Origin: Botryllus schlosseri
Lineage: Eukaryota
NCBI GenBank assembly: GCA_051294905.1
Contig: CM119372.1
Coordinates: 16,184,001 to 16,248,000, forward strand
DNA: 64,000 nt
Direction of reading: 5' to 3'
A program made the translations under genes and the position numbers. Numbering within the stretch: the first letter of the stretch is position 1; the number at the start of each line of letters is the position of its first letter. A model generated the notes under the pieces. The model had not been told where the DNA came from, ran no database searches, and was given only the letters and a program-made list of their open reading frames with translations. Positions 12,645-24,250 of the stretch are shown here, piece by piece.

Positions 12645-13618
12645 TAGGGTTGGGACGGCTTGAGTCACTGTGCAAGATTGACTTGACTTAAGTATCATTT
12701 TAATTATATTTCCATCATTTCAAAACTCAAAACACCACCAAACTGCGATACAATGAAAAGATAGATTTGACTTGACTGGGCGTCTCAAAATCGTCGATTG
12801 AGTCAATTTCGAGTCATCAAGCAATCGGTGTCGACTAAATCGCTGTACATGCACATGTAAGTACATGTAAGTAGGCCCTACATGTTCTCGACTCGCAGAA
12901 AAGACATTTGTTAGCAGAATGTCATTCAACGATTGCGCAGGACGGTTTTACTCAACCTCCGTCGGTGTGTCACAAATAAATTGACCGTAAACGAGGTGAT
13001 TAGAGCTCACATTGTGTTGGTATTGCAGTATTCTATCTGTAGCAGTGTCTTAGCCTACTGCCCAGTGCAAATATCAAGGAACCCCTTGCGTAATATGAAT
13101 AAGAATGACAGAAGTGATAGAGTTGTTTATGCATTTATATTACTTGTCAACAATTGGTACATTCTTAAATTGTGTCGTATGGAAATGTTCGTAGATTGTA
13201 TATTGCATCACATTAATTGGTTACAACTTTCTGTGGTATCATATGCATCAATTTAGTGGACAGTTACCGAAGTGGTTTAGTACAGTTCTTCGTATATGCG
13301 AGCCAAAAAACGCCCCGTTGAACGGGGAATTAACACGATATCCATTACTCGATTCATAATCAATAGCAGATCAATCTGTACTTCAATCATCTTGCAATAT
13401 GCGATGGCTTTAATCACGTCTCAAACTCCGAAAATTCGACATGACTTGGTGATAGTGACTTGTCTCGTGACTTGGGTCGAGTCACTTCCAAAAATAGAGT
13501 GACTTGACTTGACTCGAAACACTTTAAAAATTCGAATGACATGACTTGACTCGAGTCCAAATGCGCAATGACTGGAGTTGACTTGTGACTCAAAGGTAGT
13601 GACTTGATCCCAACACTG
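12645..13618 (+). mobile_element. Non-autonomous hAT with GACTT/GACTCGAGTC repeats, copy 1 (diverged)
   Basis: Termini TAGGGTTGGGA / TCCCAACACTG; degenerate TSD GTTCAGGG/GCTAAGGG; homologous to 27183-28068 and 53489-60291. Confidence 0.75.
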
Positions 13619-13721
13619 GCTAAGGGTTACTTGGATTTTTCGTTTTTATTACAATAGCGCAACATGCAACAAAGGAAATAATGAAAACCGGAAAAGGCAT
13701 CATCATTAATTTCGTAGCCCA

Positions 13722-13879
13722 AATTTTAGGGCGGAGAAAATAAAGTTGGCTGTTCCGGGAGAATGCTAATCATGTGATTAAAAGCTGCTAATCGAGGCGC
13801 ATTTTAGGCGGAGATAATAAAGTTGACTGATCCGGAAGAATGCTAATCGTGTGATTAAATACTGCTAATTGCGACGCAT
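13722..13879 (+). repeat. Two-copy tandem duplication of an about 78-bp unit
   Basis: ATTTTAGG(G)CGGAGA..TAAAGTTG.CTG.TCCGG.AGAATGCTAATC.TGTGATTAAA..CTGCTAAT occurs twice head to tail. Confidence 0.8.
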
Positions 13880-14630
13880 GAAGTTGAAAAAAAGTTACGC
13901 GCGATGGTTAGTCGAGGTGCCACGAATTTTCAATCAAGTGGCGTTATCTGCTGCATCATAATGCGAAAACGGGTTATTGGCCGTCAGCAGTCAATATGTT
14001 GAATGAAACCGCAGTCTGCTAATAATGATACTGCCACCGTAGGTAGAACTATCATCATCGCGATATGAAAGTTGTGTTCGGTTAGTACGGTACATCGTCA
14101 TAACCCATCTGGACGACAATTACTTATTGTAAAAAAAGTTTCTGATTGTCGAAGCATAGCACCCCCGCAGACTTATTATGTACGCCCCAAAATCGCATAT
14201 AGAACTGCTAGGAAAAGTTACCGGGATTCATTTTTTTGGTCACACGGGATGCGAAAATGAATTTCGTATAAAATATTGGTAGTTTCATATATTACTGTCA
14301 AATATGTATCTATTTTCAGCCCACGGGATCATATTAACTGGTAGAGCTGGTGGAGAGGGCGTCTTCGAAAATTTACAGCTCCGCATGAGTAATGAGCGTA
14401 CTTTCGAAATGCAAACTTCGGCCGGGAAACATAATGCGATGTTAGTAACAGTCAAGCACAATCACACTTGTAACATAATGGAGATTTCGTATACACCTTA
14501 CAGACAGGGAAGCATCGCAACCATGCACGAAGGAGCGCACTATGAGAGTTTGATAACGATTAGCATCAATAAACACAAAACACTTTATCAATGACAAAAT
14601 AGATCCTATTTTATCTATACCTTCTATAGG

Positions 14631-15120
14631 TAGGGTTGCCTTTAAAACAAAAATGATTCCAAAACAAACATGTTTAAAACATTGTTTTATTTTTTATTTT
14701 TATTTTTTAGACAAGACGTCACGAATCTTAGATCGTGACGTCACAGTGAATTGACAATTCAAAATATAGGTTAAATATTGCTCCTTTGACGAAAAAGGCT
14801 TCCGAACCCTTTCATGTACGGACCAAAAAATAACTTCAACCAAAACTACGTAGTTTTGCAGCATCTTTACGGTCGTTGTTAGTCGTGCCATTGATCTATA
14901 TCTACGTGCCATAACTGTTGAACCACTAACGATTTCGAGGGTTCCGACCGCCCACACATCGTACATTCGTCGACTATATCGGGTGTAAATCGTCCGTATA
15001 GATAGGCTCATGTTACATGTCTTTTCGAAAGTATACACACAATTACGGTATAATTATACAGCGTTTAATTTTTTTTAAATAGATTGTTTTAAAACACCAT
15101 TTGTTTTAAATGCAACCCTG
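14631..15120 (+). mobile_element. hAT MITE, 490 bp
   Basis: TIR TAGGGTTGCCTTTAAAACAA / TTGTTTTAAATGCAACCCTG; perfect TSD TCTATAGG. Partial second copy from 30158. Confidence 0.9.
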
Positions 15121-15462
15121 TCTATAGGATAACTACAAATGTCAACCATCTCAGTTTGTGGTGAGTAGAACAGTCACGTGATGGGTATCTGATTATCGTT
15201 TTGCTTGCAGCTGTATGAGTACATATTGCATTGAAATTCATATCATAATTTACGCTTACAACATTTTTTTGCGAATACGAATAACCAGCCTTCATACACC
15301 GAGCCATTGCAGTCATATTATAGACCGCTGGTGAGATAATAATAAGCAAACAAAGAACTATGACGTCATAGACCTCTCCCGATCGCTGTTGAGATTATAA
15401 TAAACAAACTAGTGATTGTTTTTGACGTCGCAGAGCCCGCTTTCGCTCGTGAGAACGAATAA

Positions 15463-15947
15463 GTAATAGGGTCCATCAAACCACTAGGTGTCGCCAGACT
15501 TTAGGTGGTAACCGCCGTTGTTACGTACGCAGTTGCCGTTATCAGAAACCTGTAGGTTACTTTCTCGATTGTGTAAGGGTATTTTATATAGAAATAATGG
15601 CTACAACATATTCTACGTGGACCGTGAGCTCGCTATAAAATGAATTAAAACTTCGAATACTTCTGGTGCTGAGCTGGTAGCCGACATTTAGTTGACAATT
15701 TCACATTCTCACCTAGTTATCAAATCGGCCTTATTTCCTTCCGTACAAGCTTTCCGAAGTTTTAGTTCATTTTATAGCGAGCTCACGGTCCCCGTAGAAT
15801 ATGTTGTAGCCATTTTTTCCATATAAAATACCCTTACACAATCGAGAAAGTAACCTACAGGTTTCTTAATACGGCAACCGCATACGTAACAAAGGCGGTC
15901 ACCACCTAAAGTCTGGCGACACCTAGTGGTTTGATGGACCCTATTAC
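15463..15947. mobile_element. Foldback MITE with about 193-bp imperfect inverted arms
   Basis: 15463-15655 is the reverse complement of 15755-15947 (GTAATAGGGTCCATCAAACCACTAGG...), with scattered mismatches and a 99-bp spacer. No 8-bp TSD; a TA TSD is possible. Confidence 0.85.
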
Positions 15948-18900
15948 GACATCACGGAACCGGCTTTCGGTGGTGACTTGATAATACACAAATTGCGTTG
16001 TCTGAAAAGTTTTGTCGGTGTCGCTGTCTGTTCTAACCTATATCCTTCTGTGAGGTTAATCCTTAGCACGATTGAGCTCGCGACGCGACAAGTTGAATCG
16101 CGATCAGAATATTACAATTGACTTTGAACCATAGGGGAATATAGGGCCTTGCAAAAGCCTGAAGTTAATCGGAAATCAGAAATAAAATTAGAACGGATGG
16201 AGAAATATAGTAATGTGGTGATGACATAAAAACACTCACTCTTTCGTAACCTCCTTGTTTTATAAGTCGCGCAGCTTCCAACCCCTCCGTCCGACGAGCA
16301 GTAATTTGATCTACATCGTCTTCCAATTAATTTGAGAATCCTCATAACTTTTGAAATGAAATAATAAAAATTAAAACCTTCGGTGGCTAACAGGACGTAT
16401 CTGGATTTTATTTTGCGAACAAGCTTACACCAGGGCCAAGATTCAACAATGTGCATTGTAAAATCGATAAGTTAGACGACACAATACTTTTGCAGTCTTG
16501 CGCATGTTTACGAAAAGTCAACTAACCTGATCTCTGGGACGGATGCGCATCCAGTTCATCACGCGCACAGTTGAATAGTAGCAGAAAAATTAAAGACCAA
16601 GCGGCTGATGAAATCATCGCCAAATTTCATTCTGCAAAGGAATCTGAATGGTATTTATTGCTCAATAATAAAACGACATGACCGAAGAAAACGATCTCAT
16701 ATGAGTGCCAATCACCACGCGAAGCTGATGAGACATATGTTGTTCCTGTTGCAACCAACCCCTGGGTACAACAATCATTTTGCGTAATCAATATTATTTT
16801 CCATGATATCTGAGAAATTATCGTATGGTATAATAATTGTATTAGTATGGTATTATTAATTATAACAGCTCGTCGACGTGGACTCGCAAGCTGCTAGGTG
16901 TGAAATTACGGTAAGCGCCAAATCTCGACGTTATGATCCATACATATATGCCAATTCGTCACGTTGCACATGTTTTGATGATATCAATATGCTACATACA
17001 CACGTTACCAAAATGTAAAGTTATACGCAATATTTATCTATTCTCAGCACACGTGATCATGTTAACTGGTAGAGCTGGTGGAGGGGGCGTTTTCGAAAAG
17101 TTTGGCACAAAATCAATGATGATGCATCTGATGGTTTTTATTGATCACTTCATTGCGTGTTGTTATTTCTTGACCCATTATGAGGATTTTAGGTATACTT
17201 AAAATATATTTTGGAATCGCTCAAACGTATCAGAAAAACCTTCATTCCTAAGACGCACATGATTCCAACTTGGTGTATCGTTATGGGGCGCATAATTCTC
17301 CTTTGCGGTATTTGTACGGCGGGCGTCAGATTGCAAGGACAGCATTAAATTAATACCGAATAATTCAAGTCACCCCGAATCGAGCCAAGCGTGAAAAATT
17401 TTGTTTTAATGAATCAGGATCTCTCAAAGATTTGAAAATCAATTCGTTATTCAAATTTCTTATCGACGGCCGACGACACACGCTAATTTAATTATGTGTA
17501 GACGATCGTATAAATAAATATTGTTTAACGGCTGCATGCGGCCTTCCGTCCGCAGGTTAGCCACCCCTGGCCTAATCGAAATAAGGATAAGCAAGACCAC
17601 AACGTATTGCAAATGCTAAATACTAATCAGGGCTTGAGGTTACCAGACCACCATCAAACATAGTGGTTCTCAAATTCAATCCCAATCCCGAGACCCCCTG
17701 GTGACACCCGTGTAACTGTGTGCACTGCGCTATTTTTAACCATCTCGGAGAAGTACCAATTCAAGCTGTATGAGCTATCACGGTGGTTTCCCCGAGAATC
17801 ATCATAGATCGATATTGCAAGTGGAGCACATGTCAACTCCATCCTGTTCTACTCCTAAAGGAACCAATAAATCCATTACCAACGGGTAAATGATGAGGTG
17901 AAACCTATGCTTATGACATAAAAATAAGGAATGTAATTTACTATCTACGTACAGTCTAGGGCAAACTACGGCCCGCGGGCCGTATGCGTCCGTGACAACA
18001 TTCTGTGCGGCTCACAAAAGTCCAATAAAGTTATAAAATATGATGAAAAAATGCACAGTAAAATTTAAATTACCGCGGCGACTTGATCAAGCTTTCCTTT
18101 TATACATTTCACTATGATATTGATAGTCAATAGTCTTAATATGGTATTTCTTTATTTTCTTGCTAGTGCAATACCGGACCTCAGGGACCCCAAACTTCGG
18201 TCACAACTCATTCATAAAAAATAACGAGATTGTGCACATGAATGCTTCGCTTTTAATAAAGAATCGTCTTTAACTCTAAAGAGTGTTTGTGTTTTGGCTT
18301 CGGAGTTAATGCAATAAGTTTAACTGATATATAATGAATCTATTGCTGCAATTTGAAACACCACTTTAAACCGAGCATCCTCATCCTAGGCAACCTTTTC
18401 ATATTCTGAGCCGCTGAACAAAGCAACCGAATTATAAAATGTTTGAGACAACAATAAATTATGTTGATGTCGTCTAAAGAGTGTGAAGAAGCCAAGTTTT
18501 ACGTAATAACACAGTAGGTCATATGCTGATGAAGCGTATTTAAAGGTACCGTGTTATGATTCTTCTGTGCATCCTGTATGAGTAACGCTGCTGTCCACAA
18601 TTTCAAATCCCCGCCTGGTTCTAAGAATCGACATAGGCTACTTGTCTGTCATGACTTTGGCAAGTGTGTTCTTCAGAATGACCAGTGACGCGTGTGCGTT
18701 ATCATTATATAAGTTTTTAATTTGTTGTTAATGTATATGCATTATGTCTATGGTTCATATCATTGGTCACTATATAATAAAATAAATGATTTGTTTTCGC
18801 TTATCCCAATTTTGCTAGGGGGCGGCCCGCGAACGGATCCGGATGTTGAATGCGGCTCTTGAGCTGAAAAGTTTGTCCACACCTTATCTAGGCCCTATAT

Positions 18901-19092
18901 CCCTGCTAAAGTCGATATATATGACTATTGTACGATATTGCACATCCCGTCAGCCTGTTCTGAAGCATAATCCTGCCTATTTATTGTGATAGCTAGTCAG
19001 TAGTCATAGATCCATAGTAATGCGGGTCTTGTGCACCCCAATACACCGCTTCCGAGTGGCACACCCGTTAGAAATTATGGTACACCCTAGGA

Positions 19093-21370
19093 CAGGGGTG
19101 TCAAACATACGGCGCGCCAGACGGTTTTATCCGGCCCGGGATTCAATTCTAAGTAAATTTTAAAATGCCTATATTATCCAGTATATTTCTAACAAATGCT
19201 TAGAATTTTAGTAAGAAATTATGGAAAACCCTGGGGCAGGGGTTTCAAACATACGGTCCGTCAGACAATTTTATCCGACCAGCGAAGCAATTTTAAGAAG
19301 ATTCCAAAATGCCTATATTATCCAGCTTATTTTTAACAAATGCTTAGAGATTTAGGAAGAAATAATTCCATTATTTTTTAACCCTCAATACAGCAAATGT
19401 CGAGTATGTTCATTGTACGTCGTAGGCGACATTATGACAATTTGACATCTGACAGCAGACTTGTGGTTTCTCTCTAGTTCAGCAGTTCTCAACCTTTTTG
19501 GACATGCGCCCCCCTTGGTGATGGTCAAAAAATTGCGCCCCCTGACCCCCCTGCACTTATCGTCATGTCAATGAATTATCTTGATGCAAAATACCTATGC
19601 TAAACTGTCCAGTGTCCATATCCATTCCCGGTGAACGCCGGACTATTCTACTTTTCACAACGGCCTATTGTGCGCACCGAAATCGCGAGTGGCAATGTTA
19701 TGAATGGTTGCTGACATTGCATGTTGTCGCGCGGAGCGCGAAAATTTTTAAGAGCCACGAATGAATTCCGTAATTACTAGTAGCAGTATCACATATTACT
19801 ACCAACTATTTATCATTTCTCAGCTCATGTGATCAGATTCACCGGTAGAGTTGATGGAAGGAGTGCATTCGAAAGTTTAGGGCAAGTTATAAATGCTAGT
19901 GCATCTTCGGGTGGGCCAATTGTTATTAGTCACTTTGTTGAATGCTGTTATTTCTTGACGATTCCCATTCTGGCTCAGATTGAGAAAGGCGCTACTGTAT
20001 TAAAATCGAAAATGAAGTCGTGTTGAATCGCGCGTAAAGCGAAGAAAATTTCAAGATTAATTAAAATCTCTCCAAAATTCAGGAGTGAATTCGTAATTTC
20101 AATTTGCATGCCAACACGTACTAATTAAATTCGGCGTCGACGGTCGCAGAAATTCCCTTTTACAGCCGCATGCGGCCGTACGGGTGCAGGTTGCCCACCC
20201 CTTATCTAATAGTATGCATACGGTATACCTTACGCCAAGTTTGAATCCGCATTCCAGTTGTTGAGTCTTTTACATTTCTGACAAATTTCCCCAAACTTGT
20301 TGGAAAATAGCAAAAAAACATTGAACAGGACATCAATTTATGTCAATGTAGGTTGCACTGAGACTAATCCTAATGCTGGTAGTGATTACAGAGAGCACGT
20401 CGTCGTTTTGTCTTGCCATGCTAAATTTGATCAGTTTTGGAATTGAATTAAATTATGTTGATTTAAGCTAGCCTATAATTGAGGGCGAAACCGGGCAACC
20501 TATATTGCATCCAAGTCTCTCTTAGGCAGTGCAGTTCGCCAGCTATTAACAGCAGCTACACAGCGCACCGAGCTTTAGGTTGCTGCCAAAGCTATAAAGT
20601 AAGGAATGACTTACACGCGGGAATTGCTCTAAATCTTTAAAGAATATCAAAAATTTGCCCAAATGAAGTTGAAATCAGCCTGCCCTATACTCCGTTGAGC
20701 GCGACTGCAGGAGTTTGAGTTTGACAAGCTTGAATACGAAATAAGTTTAATCTTCAACAATCGCCTTTTCAGAATGGTTATGGAACACATGCTTAGTCAC
20801 AATTTATACAGACTTTGTCAATTTCTCGACCCCCCCCCATGAGAGCCTCCCGTGCTGGGGGGCGCCCCCAGGTTGAGAACCACTGCTCTAGTTGTTATTT
20901 GGAACAAGTTGCTGACATTGACACCCAATTCCGAGAAGGCAAAAAAGTGCACGCACTGAGTGTTATGGACAAATGGACCAAACCTTTTATTCATAAAAGC
21001 GAAAATGCCAATGTGAAACCGTTATATGCAAGATACATAGAGAACATTATAGTTACACAGCAGTATAAATCTGTGATCGCCCAGCTGCTGTATCAATTCT
21101 GTATCAAAAGGTCCCTTCCTCCGGAGAAACCCGAATCGCGACTTGAAGATATATGTCGGTATTCAAATGACCCATCACCGTACTTCTTTCGGCAATTCCG
21201 TTGTTTGCGAATAAAGGTGTTGCTAGAATGGAACATCTACCGTCGGTAATATATTGTAATATACTAACATAGGCTTGATAATGAAGTATTCCATGAAAAA
21301 CACGGGCGTGGATTTTTAGGTTGCATTTTGGTTGCGCCCCTCAATGTATGAATCTGGTTTGACGCCCCTG
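19093..21370 (+). mobile_element. Charlie-type element with nested insertion
   Basis: TIR CAGGGGTGTCAAAC / GTTTGACGCCCCTG; TSD CCCTAGGA/CCCTAGGG. The flanks rejoin to match the uninterrupted sequence at about 46770-46830. Confidence 0.8.
19480..20885 (+). mobile_element. Charlie-type element (GCGCCCCC repeats), nested
   Basis: TIR CAGCAGTTCTCAACC / GGTTGAGAACCACTG; perfect TSD CTCTAGTT. Confidence 0.85.
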
Positions 21371-23317
21371 CCCTAGGGCGTACGATACACCCGGCTGAAG
21401 AGCACCGCACTATGGTAAAAATCATTGGAATTCAAACGCATCTTACCAACTTTATATAATCTGCGAGCAGTCTTCGTCTCTTGATTAGCGATCAAATGCC
21501 AAACAGATATTTCCATTCAGTGCATTTATATTCTTAGTTTCTTCCGCTCATTTTCCCCTCTGCGGCCCTTTTTTTACATGCCTCATCTCACTTTTCATTG
21601 AGATAGTGTTTTGACATCTTCGAAATCGAGTTCAAATCTTATGTCTTACGTAATACTCAATTGGATAGGAATTTCTTGACTGTCTTTCAACATGAAAAAC
21701 GAAATCAATGGCGTATCTCAAGTACGATGGATTAGCTATGACAGGTCCGGGGCGGAAGCTCCACCACAATACGTTAGCTTTTAAAAGCTTGCACATGATA
21801 ATATCAGAATATAGGAACATCGACATAGTAATACAAGTTGAATGGTCTAGCGAACTGTTCGAACGTTGAATTACGGTGCTTTTGGTATCTCCAGAGTCAG
21901 TATAGCCAAGATTATTTCACCTCGATCACTATAGGTTTATACTTCGTCGAACATAACGTGCATGATCTTAAAGGGGATGAATAGCTTGGTTGGAATGCAA
22001 AACTGCGGCCCATTGGCCAAATGATGCAGGCGTGCTTCTGACTTTCTGCTCTGAATATCCCATGCTTCCAATGAAACGTTTTATAGAAAAAATACTAGCC
22101 TATCCGTAACACCAATAACAACAACGTTAAAAGTGGACGGTCATCACTTACAGTCCTTTTGCAACTACTAATTATAGTTTTTGTGGTTACATAATACTAT
22201 TTAGGTTCATGCTCGAATTGGAATAACCGCTCGATGCGGCCTCGCTTAGTTGTGTTGTAGGGTTCTTCAAATATACTTTTCTCTCACAATTTAACTGAAT
22301 GTTCGAACTTCAAAAACGCTTAACACAAAAATATGCTCAATTACAAACAGTAGAATCGAAGTCACTACCGGTGATAGATGGAACTAGGAGTACCGTTTTT
22401 TTTCAAAATTGTGATTGCCGTTAAATTAATTTCTTAAAATAAGAGGTGTTCAAAATAATTCGGGCGCAGTAGTTAGGCCCCACTCTTTCTCTCTCTCTAC
22501 CCAGTCCGAATAACACCGCACCAGCTAGAGCTGTCCCGAGAAACCAATGTCAGATAAATCTTATCATAACATCAAACAAATTTGTGTAATACAATTCTCG
22601 GCACATTTTCACGATCAAGCCATATCCTCGTAACCACTTTTCTCCGTCCCATTTTTGGCTGTAGTACACAACACAGTCACTTCGGAGAATATCCAATGGA
22701 CATATATTAACATATTATATCCACAGTGGACCGGTAGTGGACCGAATCAATTTTTGTGGTACAATAAATTCAACAAATATCACATCGATATTAAAAGATC
22801 GCTCTAGTGTGGTCGCGACCCGAATTTATGCCCTGGTCGTGCCCAATACCTTACGAGCCACTGTATTAAAGTATAGGTCGCAAAGGGTAGAATTTCGGGT
22901 CTCCGGGGCACCGGAGAGGACAGGTATTAGGTATGTAATAAGTGTTCGTTTTTTAAATTTCTTCGCGCTTGGCGGGATTTGTAGTGGGTTAGGTTTACAC
23001 ATACAAAGTCACGGTGTATACGTGTTGGGTACTATAACCAATAAAATAAGTGCGACACGGAGAACGTACAACTTGTTCATGTAAATCGGCCGACTTTTGT
23101 AATGCACAAATTGTTTTGAATTCATGATAAGATTTGTCCGACAGGTTTTTCTGGAAATCACCGTTCCAGACCGTTGGGATGTTTTAGTGTAGAGGTGTGC
23201 AACTAACGGCTGCGGGCGTATGAGGCAGATTCATTTCGAGGCCATTCCCTTCTGCGTCGGGACACATGAAGACGTAAAGATTTGGCGAACTTAACGCAGG
23301 AAAAGTGCGGTGTCAAA

Positions 23318-24250
23318 CAGTGGCGTAGCAGCCACTGAGCGGTTCTGGCTCTGCGCCAGGGGCGGCAAGATGTGGCTCACAGGGAGGTGGCTCACAGGGA
23401 GATGGCTAATGACGAGCTAAATTTTTACGATTCAGACTGGAATCGGTGGTTGTTCTTGACAATATGTTGCCCGTATCAGACGAATTTTTCGCGTGATTAT
23501 CCGCGAAACTACAAGTCGCCACATTTCACGGTAATGCAACAGCGTTTGATGTTTTACGGTGGCTACCTAAATCACACCTACTTTCCACCATATTTATTCT
23601 TGTGCCGGAACTTCATCTTACCTTTATTGTTTAGTTCCTCATGAGCTATTAGTTGTCGGGTTTATGATATCGCGTGAATGATTCCTTTTATTTTGACCAG
23701 TATAGTGAAAGCTAATATATGCCCTGAAGTAACTTATACCAGAAGGTAATTACTGACCGTGACGTATCAGTCCTTTATGGAAGATAAGTGCCACTACCTC
23801 TTTTTACAGTACTAATATTAATATTACCCACAGCTGCTTTATTTGTGAGCTGTGAGAGGAGTTTGTCAAAGCTGAAAATGATAAAGTCGTAATTACGTTT
23901 ACCATGAATAATAATCATTAGCTATCAGCTCTACCGATTCTTTCTATAGAAAGAGACTACGTTCAAAAATTTAATTTTGAAGTTCAATTTTGAGGCAGCA
24001 ATTGGCTTTGTATTTGCCAAACTCATTTCTACTCCATTTTTTTGTCTTTTATTTTTGGGCGAAAATGCTGAGACAGTGGGGCTTCTTTCTCAAGCAATAT
24101 AGATCTTCTGAGACGCGGCACAGTATTAATAATTATTTTTTATTGAAGCGATTGTTTGAATATGAAACTATTTCGAAAATGTTCTCCATTCTATTTACAG
24201 CGGCATTTTCAACGGAAGCAGGGGCGACAACATATGTTCCTACGCCAATG
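23318..24250 (+). mobile_element. Tip100-type hAT deletion derivative
   Basis: TIR CAGTGGCGTAG / CTACGCCAATG; TSD GTGTCAAA/GTGTTAAA. It interrupts a repeat whose other copies are uninterrupted at this point. Confidence 0.8.
23820..23985 (+). pseudogene. Decayed Tip100/ZMYM1-like hAT dimerisation domain
   Basis: SCERSLSKLKMIKS*LR/TMNNNH*LSALPILSIERDYVQKFNFE resembles the SCERSFSKLKLIK.YLRSTM...RLS.LAILSIE consensus. Confidence 0.8.

Noticed and set aside
12461..17569. A single 5.1-kb transposon bounded by CAGGGGTGG termini
   Set aside because: The flanks are inverted, not direct, repeats and both ends are the same end type. This fits an inverted duplication, not one insertion.
21540..22080. 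Coding-like stretch (similarly 3276-3757 and 51015-51281)
   Set aside because: The frames are short or interrupted by stops and carry no motif I can recognise.
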